A stretch of DNA of 38,790 nucleotides from a virus. Both the position numbers and the translations under genes were made by a program. Shown here in pieces: positions 25,925-33,513 of this stretch; within the stretch, counting starts at the first letter, position 1; each line of letters opens with the position of its first letter. The stretch lies in IMG/VR virus record IMGVR_UViG_3300009964_000017; one strand, given 5' to 3'. Under the pieces are notes generated by a model, which worked only from the letters and a program-made list of their open reading frames with translations, ran no database searches and was not told where the DNA came from.

Positions 25925-26173
25925 ATGAAAAAACAAAATATGGGAGAGCTAGTAGCCGAAAACATCACACTAGCACTCAAAAAGAGAAAGCTCACTCAAA
26001 AAGCTCTCTCATGTAAAACCGGCATAACCCACGCCAGAATACAAGGCATAGCCTCAGGCACACGGGTAGCCACACTAGACGAAATACAGGCGATCTCAAA
26101 CGCAATGACCATCCCAATGGAATGGTTCGTAAGAGAACACCTCACCGAACTAAACGACTGGAAGAAAGGATAA
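25925..26173 (+). CDS. Cro-like HTH regulator (XRE family)
   Basis: The HTH region is KLTQKALSCKTGITHARIQGIASGTRVATLDEIQAISNAM. It is the first gene of the rightward early operon. Confidence 0.75.
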   Translation: MKKQNMGELVAENITLALKKRKLTQKALSCKTGITHARIQGIASGTRVATLDEIQAISNAMTIPMEWFVREHLTELNDWKKG

Positions 26174-26178
26174 AGGGA

Positions 26179-26403
26179 ATGAAAAACCTCACCGTCGAAA
26201 TACCCGACATACCAGAAGGACTAATAGGGCAAGCACTTATAGAAATTATTGCCAAACGAGCAAGAATCAACATGCAAATTCAAAGCCTCGAAGACAAAAT
26301 GGCGAAAATAGCAGCAGAGATTCACAATCTCCGAGACAGAGAAACCAAGCTCCGAGACCTCGACATTGCTTACACCAAATATATGGAAGGAGGAAAAATC
26401 TAA
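26179..26403 (+). CDS. Hypothetical coiled-coil protein (74 aa)
   Basis: The track ORF 26122.. is trimmed to the ATG at 26179, after the Cro stop. The heptad-like sequence is INMQIQSLEDKMAKIAAEIHNLRDRETKLRDL. Confidence 0.5.
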   Translation: MKNLTVEIPDIPEGLIGQALIEIIAKRARINMQIQSLEDKMAKIAAEIHNLRDRETKLRDLDIAYTKYMEGGKI

Positions 26404-26405
26404 AA

Positions 26406-26624
26406 ATGTCACTCACCATCAAAAACGAAACATGGTTCACACCAAGAGAAGTAGCCGAATGGCTCGGACTCACAGAACAAACCCTCAACAAATGGCGGTC
26501 AGCAGGACAAGGGCCCACCTACGTATCAACCACCAACGGCACACGAGGCGGACGAATCCTCTACAAAGAAACCGACATACACAACTGGCTCAACAGCCTA
26601 GAACCACAAAAAACCATCCACTAA
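26406..26624 (+). CDS. Excisionase-family / MerR-type HTH DNA-binding protein (Xis candidate)
   Basis: The RBS is ggagga. The sequence FTPREVAEWLGLTEQTLNKWRSAGQGPTY...ILYKETDIHNWL matches the HTH_17/excisionase pattern. Confidence 0.6.
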   Translation: MSLTIKNETWFTPREVAEWLGLTEQTLNKWRSAGQGPTYVSTTNGTRGGRILYKETDIHNWLNSLEPQKTIH

Positions 26625-26647
26625 CCCAAAAACGGAGAACACAAGCC

Positions 26648-26860
26648 ATGAAACGCGAACACTGCGAAGCCCTCGCAACCTGCCTCTTCAACACGGCACT
26701 AATCCTCCTACTAGGACTCTGCTTCTACGAACCAGACATCAACACCATGTTCACCGTAGCAGCCCTCGGAACCGCGATCCTCGGTGTACTAGCGCTCATG
26801 GCTATAAACCCGAAGCTCGACAAACCAAAAACCGAGAAAGACCATAACGCACACGCCTAA
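26648..26860 (+). CDS. Small two-TM membrane protein (70 aa)
   Basis: The real start is taken as the ATG at 26648, inside track ORF 26366..26860. The TM segments are LFNTALILLLGLCFY and FTVAALGTAILGVLALMAI. Confidence 0.5.
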   Translation: MKREHCEALATCLFNTALILLLGLCFYEPDINTMFTVAALGTAILGVLALMAINPKLDKPKTEKDHNAHA

Positions 26861-26881
26861 ACAACCTTTAGTCAGGCCATA

Positions 26882-27082
26882 ATGTCCTTAAATAGAAACA
26901 GACAGCCGATACTCCCCAAACTATCCGCATACGCACTAGCCGCGGCACTAATCCTAGCGTTCGGAATCAGCAGTGACGAACCAAGTACAGCAACCATATA
27001 CGCAATACTCGCCGCCACCGCGTTTATCACGGGGATAGCCCTCTACCTCACACACGAGGTAACCATCATTAGGAAAGGCTAA
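26882..27082 (+). CDS. Small two-TM membrane protein (66 aa), paralogue-like to 26648..26860
   Basis: The TM segments are AYALAAALILAFGI and IYAILAATAFITGIALYL. It has the same TM1-(D/E)EP-TM2 layout as the preceding gene. The RBS is weak. Confidence 0.45.
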   Translation: MSLNRNRQPILPKLSAYALAAALILAFGISSDEPSTATIYAILAATAFITGIALYLTHEVTIIRKG

Positions 27083-27084
27083 CT

Positions 27085-27471
27085 ATGAGTAAACCGCCTG
27101 TAATAGCTGGCGAACTAACCAGCACTGAACAGGGAGAAGCCACAAAAGCGATCGTGACCCTATCCCTTCTCAAAAGGTCAGCAGAAAGCCAAGGAGAGCA
27201 AGTAAAGTTCGAGTTCCTCAACTGTCAAGGAGACGAATTCCTAGCTATCCAAACCAACACGCACCAAAAGACAGGAGTACTAAGACGCATCATCAAAAGC
27301 TGCAATAACCATGAAGCCAAAATACTGTCTACAGCAACAGAATACTTAGGCATACCAACCAAGTATACGAGTCGCCTAGACTACAGCAACAAAGAATTTA
27401 AAGCTCTCTACATGGCAGCACCGCAACCTTCACCGGCTGAGGTCATTGTCAAAGCTCACAACAACCTATAG
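27085..27471 (+). CDS. Hypothetical protein (128 aa)
   Basis: The RBS is ggaaagg and the ORF is tightly packed within the early operon. I recognised no motif. Confidence 0.55.
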   Translation: MSKPPVIAGELTSTEQGEATKAIVTLSLLKRSAESQGEQVKFEFLNCQGDEFLAIQTNTHQKTGVLRRIIKSCNNHEAKILSTATEYLGIPTKYTSRLDYSNKEFKALYMAAPQPSPAEVIVKAHNNL

Positions 27472-27482
27472 GAGAAATCATT

Positions 27483-27833
27483 ATGTCGAACACCACCACT
27501 AACGCTGTGAAACTCACCGAAGAACAAGCCGCAGGGATTATCAACCAGATTGTGAACCTGGACGCCGAAATTAGCAAGCTCACCGAAGCCCGCAAGAACC
27601 TCGCAGCCACACTAACAGCGAGCGTAGACCCAGGCACCTACCAGGCCGGGGCAGTCAAAGCCACAATCACAGTACCCAAAAGGTTCAACGAAAAGGAATT
27701 CACAAAGCAGTTCCCGCCCTCAACCAACCCAGAATTCTACAAGACGGTGCAGAAAGTTGATCTAACGACAATCGCACCGAACACCAAAGCCGAATTCTCA
27801 GATTTACAGGCACCACGCCTCACCATCAAATAA
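27483..27833 (+). CDS. Hypothetical protein with an N-terminal coiled coil (faintly Gp157-like or Gam-like)
   Basis: The RBS is aggaga. The coiled coil LDAEISKLTEARKNLAATL is followed by a beta-rich C-terminus. The gene lies at the head of the recombination/replication block, and the family call is only a guess. Confidence 0.55.
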   Translation: MSNTTTNAVKLTEEQAAGIINQIVNLDAEISKLTEARKNLAATLTASVDPGTYQAGAVKATITVPKRFNEKEFTKQFPPSTNPEFYKTVQKVDLTTIAPNTKAEFSDLQAPRLTIK

Positions 27834-27844
27834 GACCAGGAACC

Positions 27845-28714
27845 ATGCAGAACCAGACCAAACGCAAACCCTTCTTTGCGACCTGCAACGGCTGCGGAAA
27901 AAATTCCCTCAGACGAACCCCAGGCTGCAAAACCTGCAGGCAACGGCACGACTACTGGAAAACATACGCCCCAGAACTCTACAAGCCAGCACCAACAAAA
28001 TGTGCAGGCTGTGGAATCGACTACAGTATCCAGGCACCAAAACCTGACTGTCGCAACTGTATCGCACGTGAACGGCACCGGCGTAACGCCCTCTACATCA
28101 AAAAACCCCGCAAACCTCGCATAAAGATTGAGGGAAAATGCAGAAGCTGCGGCACCGCATGGAGTAAAAGAACCGTCAGCTGTGAAACCTGCCAGCGGCG
28201 GCACACCAGCTACCGACGAAAAGGCAAACCATACGACCACGGCATAGACCTCACCTGTGCAGGCTGCGGACGGCTCATAGACAACACCCTGAAATTCACT
28301 ACCGGGTGCAACACCTGCTCTATCAGACTCAAAAACAGGGAACGTAGAGAGTGCACCGTGCTAGAGCCGCGCGAACCCATCAAACGAGAATCAAAGGAAC
28401 TGAAATATAAGCCGAAGAGCAAAAATAAGAAACCTAAGGCAAAACCCAAAAAGAAGCCCAAGGTAAAGCCGGTGTCTATCGTACAGGCCAAGAAACCTGC
28501 CAACGATTTTACCTGCGCTGACCCAGGGCACGCCGTCCCTAATAAGGGAGGAAAACAGCAGGATTGGGCGGCACTCGACCAATACATCCTAGCCCGCCGC
28601 CAACGCAAACAACACCACGAGAACCTAGAAAGGAGGAGACAACCCAATGGGCAGCACACCCATAACGTTAGCCAAACCAGACGGCGCAACCCAGCAACAA
28701 GCATTCCAAGCTGA
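27845..28714 (+). CDS. Basic protein with four tandem CxxC...CxxC zinc-ribbon repeats and a lysine-rich KPK linker; function unknown
   Basis: The four repeats are CNGCG-x11-CKTC, CAGCG-x12-CRNC, CRSCG-x10-CETC and CAGCG-x13-CNTC. They are followed by KYKPKSKNKKPKAKPKKKPKVKP. The 3' end overlaps the next gene by 68 nt. Confidence 0.65.
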   Translation: MQNQTKRKPFFATCNGCGKNSLRRTPGCKTCRQRHDYWKTYAPELYKPAPTKCAGCGIDYSIQAPKPDCRNCIARERHRRNALYIKKPRKPRIKIEGKCRSCGTAWSKRTVSCETCQRRHTSYRRKGKPYDHGIDLTCAGCGRLIDNTLKFTTGCNTCSIRLKNRERRECTVLEPREPIKRESKELKYKPKSKNKKPKAKPKKKPKVKPVSIVQAKKPANDFTCADPGHAVPNKGGKQQDWAALDQYILARRQRKQHHENLERRRQPNGQHTHNVSQTRRRNPATSIPS

Positions 28715-29399
28715 TCTAACCGCCGCAGGGATTATGGGGGTCATTGAAGATAACATCCTCAACCATCCCCGCAGCAAACAAGTACGCATAGGCCCCTCAG
28801 AAATCGGTATGGACTGCACGAGACGACTAATCAGGAAACTAAACGGGCAGCCAGAACCAGAACGTGGTATCGCCTGGAAACCAACAGTCGGCACAGCCTG
28901 CCATTCACAAATGGAGGAATGGTTCGGGCACCAGCCAGAGACAGCAGGTTATCTCGTCGAAAAACGTGTAACCGTAGGGGCAATAGGTGAAACACCTATC
29001 ACAGGCAGCACCGATCTGTTCAGCATCACCGATAAAACGGTGATTGACTGGAAATTCGTGGGGCCGTCGATGCTCAAAAAATATAAAGCATCTGGCCCAT
29101 CAAACCAGTACAGGGTGCAAGCTCACCTCTACGGTACCGGCTGGGTAAACGCCGGGTACGCCGTCGAGCAGGTCATGATCGTATTTCTTCCACGTGATGG
29201 AGAAATCACTGACTCCTACTTTTGGTGGGAGCCATACGACCGGGCGGTAGCTGAGGAAGCCATGAACAAGGCAAACCAGTTAAACACGCTCATAAAAACA
29301 ATTGGTGTAGAAGCAACGTTAGCGATGTTCCCGCTCTGCAATAACCGCTTCTGCCCCTGGTGCCCAGCCGATAGGCAAGCATCAACACCAATGTTCTAA
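28647..29399 (+). CDS. PD-(D/E)XK exonuclease, Cas4-like with a Cys cluster
   Basis: The RBS is strong (aaaggagga). The nuclease core reads GSTDLFSI...VIDWKF (D...D-x-K). One N-terminal Cys (GMDCTRR) plus the C-terminal CNNRFCPWC resemble the Cas4/AddB Fe-S ligand pattern. Confidence 0.7.
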   Translation: MGSTPITLAKPDGATQQQAFQADLTAAGIMGVIEDNILNHPRSKQVRIGPSEIGMDCTRRLIRKLNGQPEPERGIAWKPTVGTACHSQMEEWFGHQPETAGYLVEKRVTVGAIGETPITGSTDLFSITDKTVIDWKFVGPSMLKKYKASGPSNQYRVQAHLYGTGWVNAGYAVEQVMIVFLPRDGEITDSYFWWEPYDRAVAEEAMNKANQLNTLIKTIGVEATLAMFPLCNNRFCPWCPADRQASTPMF

Positions 29400-29436
29400 C
29401 ACCAGATAACTATTCAACAGTAAGGAAAAACATACA

Positions 29437-30153
29437 ATGTCAGCTTTTGACTTCTTCGATTCCCGCCCCTCCCACTCCTGCAAGTTCAAGACCCCGGGAG
29501 AAACCCACGCCGGCGTCATCACTGAGATTAGCGACCGCATGCCAGTCACCAAGTACGGCACTACCGATCCAGACTACTGGCCTGACGGCTCCCCGAAGCA
29601 GCAGGTCGTTATCACTCTTGCGACAGACGAGCGTGACCCCGAAGACCCGAACGACACCGGGGAACGCTCCCTCTGGGTCACCGAGTCACGCAAGGCTGGG
29701 ACTATCCTAGCCGCGATCATCCAGGCAACCCGCCAGGCGAACGCGAAACTAGAAATCGGTGGCATGCTCTCCGTCTCGTTCACTGGGCATGACCCGAACA
29801 GTAAGAACCCGGCTCAGCCTCGCAAACTGTACGCCGCGACGTATCAGCCTCCGGCTGCTGGTGGCGGCATGTTCGAGCAGCAGCCCGCACAGCCCGCACC
29901 AGCTGCCAGTCAGCCCGCAGTACCACAGGCGGCACCGCAGCAGCAGGTATCTCAGACGGCACCTGTGGTAAACCAGCAGCCCACACAGCCCGCACCAGCT
30001 GCACCGGCACAGCAGCTTAGCGACGCAACCATAACCGGTATAAAAGGGCTAATCGCAGCCGGGCTAGACGACGCAACCATCAGCAGTTCACTAACCGCAG
30101 CCGGTAACCAAGTATCCCCAGAGCAGGTAGCACAGGTTCGCGCCGCAGCGTAA
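29437..30153 (+). CDS. Hypothetical protein with a globular N-terminal domain, a Pro/Gln/Ala-rich linker and a small C-terminal domain (possibly an ssDNA-binding or replication accessory protein)
   Basis: A 238-aa ORF lies between the exonuclease and primase genes. Its low-complexity linker reads QPAQPAPAASQPAVPQAAPQQQ. The function is a guess from position only. Confidence 0.55.
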   Translation: MSAFDFFDSRPSHSCKFKTPGETHAGVITEISDRMPVTKYGTTDPDYWPDGSPKQQVVITLATDERDPEDPNDTGERSLWVTESRKAGTILAAIIQATRQANAKLEIGGMLSVSFTGHDPNSKNPAQPRKLYAATYQPPAAGGGMFEQQPAQPAPAASQPAVPQAAPQQQVSQTAPVVNQQPTQPAPAAPAQQLSDATITGIKGLIAAGLDDATISSSLTAAGNQVSPEQVAQVRAAA

Positions 30154-30173
30154 ACCAAAAATAGCCTAATCAT

Positions 30174-30207
30174 CCCCCGCCCACACAAAAAGCGGGCGGG
30201 GGGGGGG
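30174..30207 (+). terminator. GC-rich hairpin ending in a G10 homopolymer
   Basis: cccccgccc (30174-30182) pairs with gggcggggg (30194-30202) around an 11-nt loop. The G run extends from 30198 to 30207, and there is no U-tract. Confidence 0.45.
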
Positions 30208-30274
30208 TACCACCCAAAACCACCATAAAGAGTAATAAAAATGCGAAACACCGTCACAGGAAGGAGACACAAAA

Positions 30275-32914
30275 ATGGCACAAGCACCTATTCACCCAAT
30301 CGCAGCCGCAGCACAGCACCTAGCACAAGCTAACGTCTCCTTCATCCCAACCCGCGCAGACACCAGCAAAGGCCCCGCCGTCGCCTGGAAAGAATTCCAG
30401 TCACGCAAACCAACCCTAGCGGATCAGACAAAATGGTTCGGCACGGAAAACCCACGCAACTACGGTGTAGCAGTCGTCACCGGCAGGGTCTCAGGCAACC
30501 TTGAGATGACCGAAATCGAAGGGAAAATAGCCGACCGGATACCCGAAATTACGAAGGCGTTCGTGGCTGCTGGTGAGCGCGCCCTGTGGCAGCGTCTCAT
30601 GACCTCCTGGGTCGAACAATCACCCACCGGCGGCATGCACTGGATATACCGCCTCGACGGAGAAAACGTACCAGGAAACACAAAGATTGCGACCAATGCT
30701 GACGGTGAAGTACTCGCTGAAACCCGTGGTGAAGGCGGCTACTTCGTAGCAGCACCCACAGACGGCACACACCACTCCACCGGCCAAGGATGGGTAGCAC
30801 TCGGTTTACCCGCAGCATGCACCACCCTAACCGCTACCGAACGTGAAACTTTTCACCGCATCCTCCGTGAAACCTTCCACGAAGGCACAGAGACACCAAA
30901 ACACCCCCAGACAGGTAATCACACCCAAGGCACACGAAAGACTTTCCCTGCCACCGTAGAAGGCCAGCAGGCGGGTGTTATGAACCTGGGCGTGAAACCT
31001 GGGGACGAATTCGAGACAAAAACTGACTGGGCTGACATTCTCACCCCGCACGGCTGGTCTCTACACTCAACCCAGGCAGACGGAACCAGGTTCTGGGTGC
31101 GCCCAGGCAAAAACCCGCGCGACGGGCACTCAGCCTCCACCGGCCACGCAGACGACCGAGACCGCCTCTACGTCTTCTCCTCATCCGTCCAAGAATTCGA
31201 CACTGACACCCCATACACAAAATTCAAAGCATACTCGATCCTCAACCACGGAGGCGACGACACCAAGGCAGCAAAACACCTTGCCGCAAACGGATTCGGA
31301 ACCCCCACAACACTCAATATCAGCCTAGACGACATGCTAGGCACCAACACAACAGGAGGCCAACAATGGCAGCAGAAGGACAAATCGTCAACCCAGTACC
31401 ACAACCAAAACCAGCAACCCATCTCGCCGAGCTCTGCAGAGTCCACGGCCCCATCACCGGGTACCGGAACATCTCAGGCGACATCTGGGCAGTCAGATTC
31501 CAAGACGGCGCCCAGCACGTCCAAAAAAAGCAATAACCTAGAAATCCCCGCATACACCGAGTTCGCGTTCACCCAGGCGTTCATCGCTGAGCACGGCAAA
31601 AACATTCGCTACAACACTGACCGAGGCCGCTTCTACTATTGGGGTGGCAAACGGTGGGTACCTCAACCAGACACGGGCGGTATCATCAAGCAGCACGCGT
31701 TAGCATTCGCCGCGCAGCTCCCAGATGAAGACGATGCAGCACTCAAACGCTTGAAGGCGTCCATGCTGTCGAATCGTGGCGTGACTGCGGCACTGAATCT
31801 ATTGAAGGTTGATCCGAGGGTTGCGTGCACGTCTGATGATTTTGATACGAGGCCTTGGGAGTTGAATACTCCTGCTGGCATTGTTGATTTGCGGACAGGT
31901 AGTGTTCGGGCGCATGACCCGGCGATGATGCACTCAAAAATCACCACTGTAGCCCCTGTAGCCTCCTCTGAGGCACCTATATGGTCTAGGTTCTTGCAGA
32001 CTACATTCAATGCAGATTCGGCGCTTATAGGGTACATGCAGCGTCTTTTAGGGTATTCCGCAACCGGTGCTATCCGTGAGCATGTTTTCGCTTTCGCATA
32101 CGGTACCGGCGGAAACGGTAAATCAGTTTTCTATGATGCCTGTGTAGACGTCCTCGGAGACTACGCAACGGTCATGCCTGCAGGATTCCTCATGAAAAAG
32201 TCATATCAAGAGCACTCTACCGAATTAGCAGACCTCAAGGGAATGCGCCTTGTGGTTGGTTCAGAAATCAACCAGGGCGAAAAATTCGACGAGGCTAAGT
32301 TGAAGTCTTTGACTGGTGGTGACCGGATCAAGGCACGACATATGCATCAGGACTTCTTCACCTTCACGCCGACACATCATCTGCACCTGATGGGCAACCA
32401 TTTGCCGCAGGTTGAGGCTGGCGGGGATTCTATCTGGCGGCGTATGAATCAGATACCGTTCGTGCATACTGTCCCTGCTGAGGAGAGGAACGAGCGGCTG
32501 CCTGAGCAGCTGCGTACTGAGGAGGCTGGGCAGATTCTGGCTTGGATTATTGAAGGAGCAAAGATGTATCACCAGGACGGGTTACAGGCACCGGAGGCTG
32601 TGCGTGCGGCTACTGCGGCTTATGCGCAGAGTCAGGATACGGTGGGTGAATTCTTGAGTCAGGAGTGCACGATGTATCCCGGCAACGAGTTCTATACGGC
32701 TTCTGTGAAGCAGTTTCGTATGGAGTATGAGGCTTGGTGTCAGGGTGAGGGTGTTAGTCCGCTCAAGGGGCGTTCTTTGACTGCTGCGCTTGCTTCTCAT
32801 GGTGTTCTGGTGGGTAGGAATGCTCCGAGGGCTGGGAATGGGAATGATCGTGTCTATGGTGGGGTTAGGTTGAATTCTCATGAGGAGAGTTTGAGTAATT
32901 CCCCGTGGCAGTGA
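30275..32914 (+). CDS. Bifunctional primase-polymerase (PrimPol) fused to a D5/P4-type SF3 helicase
   Basis: The N-terminus (VSFIPTR...KGPAVAWKEFQSRKPT...YGVAVVTG) is PrimPol-like. A long Ser/Thr/Gln-rich linker follows. The C-terminal half has the Walker A GTGGNGKS and Walker B-like RLVVGSE typical of P4-family primase-helicases. Confidence 0.9.
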   Translation: MAQAPIHPIAAAAQHLAQANVSFIPTRADTSKGPAVAWKEFQSRKPTLADQTKWFGTENPRNYGVAVVTGRVSGNLEMTEIEGKIADRIPEITKAFVAAGERALWQRLMTSWVEQSPTGGMHWIYRLDGENVPGNTKIATNADGEVLAETRGEGGYFVAAPTDGTHHSTGQGWVALGLPAACTTLTATERETFHRILRETFHEGTETPKHPQTGNHTQGTRKTFPATVEGQQAGVMNLGVKPGDEFETKTDWADILTPHGWSLHSTQADGTRFWVRPGKNPRDGHSASTGHADDRDRLYVFSSSVQEFDTDTPYTKFKAYSILNHGGDDTKAAKHLAANGFGTPTTLNISLDDMLGTNTTGGQQWQQKDKSSTQYHNQNQQPISPSSAESTAPSPGTGTSQATSGQSDSKTAPSTSKKSNNLEIPAYTEFAFTQAFIAEHGKNIRYNTDRGRFYYWGGKRWVPQPDTGGIIKQHALAFAAQLPDEDDAALKRLKASMLSNRGVTAALNLLKVDPRVACTSDDFDTRPWELNTPAGIVDLRTGSVRAHDPAMMHSKITTVAPVASSEAPIWSRFLQTTFNADSALIGYMQRLLGYSATGAIREHVFAFAYGTGGNGKSVFYDACVDVLGDYATVMPAGFLMKKSYQEHSTELADLKGMRLVVGSEINQGEKFDEAKLKSLTGGDRIKARHMHQDFFTFTPTHHLHLMGNHLPQVEAGGDSIWRRMNQIPFVHTVPAEERNERLPEQLRTEEAGQILAWIIEGAKMYHQDGLQAPEAVRAATAAYAQSQDTVGEFLSQECTMYPGNEFYTASVKQFRMEYEAWCQGEGVSPLKGRSLTAALASHGVLVGRNAPRAGNGNDRVYGGVRLNSHEESLSNSPWQ

Positions 32915-33167
32915 CACAAAGTGACACAAAGTGACACAAGTTTAGAAGTTGTGTCACTGAGTAAAAAGCCTAGTCAGTATGGTTTTTGAACAGTCTCAGT
33001 GACACAAGTGACACAACTTCAGTATATAACTCTTAATGTGCGCGCATACACGCGCACACGATAAGAGATTTTTTATAAAAACGTGTCACTGTGTCACTGA
33101 AAACCCTAAAAACAGTATCTGACTAGGTGTTATGCCAGTGACACAAGGGAAAAAAGTTGTGTCACTA
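32909..33167. repeat. Iteron array: candidate origin of replication
   Basis: There are ten copies of the GTGACAC core; the consensus is (C/A)AGTGACACAA.
- Forward copies start at 32911, 32921, 32931, 32999, 33008 and 33138.
- Inverted copies start at 32951, 33083, 33091 and 33159.
- The AT palindrome TTTTATAAAA lies at 33071-33080.
- The GC palindrome gtgcgcg/cgcgcac lies at 33038-33057. Confidence 0.75.
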
Positions 33168-33221
33168 ACCTTAAAGAAACCTGGGAATCAAGAACTATTC
33201 TCAAAACGGGAAGGAGCCGAA

Positions 33222-33496
33222 ATGACAAACGACAACTACCTACTAGTCCACGCACGAGAAACATTCAGAACCACACTGACCCCTGACGCAAAGCTTCTAT
33301 ATATGGCAATGATCGCCACAAAGAGAGGAAAAGCATCTACTGGCACGACTCAGAATTCCAAACCCTCACCGGGCTAGAGAAAGAGCAACTCGACCTAGCC
33401 CTCTACGAACTCGCAGGGGTCACTAGCACCCACCACCTGGTAGACATCTGTGAAGACGGCGATCTAGAAACATACATCCAATTCACCAAACTATAA
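33222..33496 (+). CDS. Winged-helix (HTH_36-like) protein encoded in two frames: 33222..33332 (frame 0) continues in the -1 frame to the stop at 33494-33496. This is either a frameshifted pseudogene, a homopolymer sequencing error, or programmed -1 slippage at GGAAAAG.
   Basis: The strong RBS ggaaggag precedes the ATG at 33222. Frame 0 stops at 33375-33377 after a nonsense-looking tail. The -1 frame reads SIYWHDSEFQTLTGLEKEQLDLALYELAGVTSTHHLVDICEDGDLETYIQFTKL, which is protein-like and resembles the neighbouring paralogues. Confidence 0.55.
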
Positions 33497-33513
33497 AACG
33501 AAGGAGCAGAGCA

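Noticed and set aside
26366-26647. The N-terminal 94 codons of track ORF 26366..26860.
   Set aside because: This part is an Arg/His/Thr/Gln-rich off-frame read across the Xis-like gene. A sensible start with an RBS exists at 26648, just before the two TM segments.
32909-33167. Considered whether the GTGACAC repeats could be a CRISPR array or a tandem-repeat satellite.
   Set aside because: The repeat units are only 8-11 bp, occur in both orientations with irregular gaps, have no uniform spacers, and no cas genes are present. The layout fits iterons, not CRISPR.
33132-33221. The upstream ATG at 33132 as the start of the ORF 33132..33377.
   Set aside because: The first 30 codons run through two iteron copies and have no RBS. 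The internal ATG at 33222 has a near-perfect RBS (ggaaggag).
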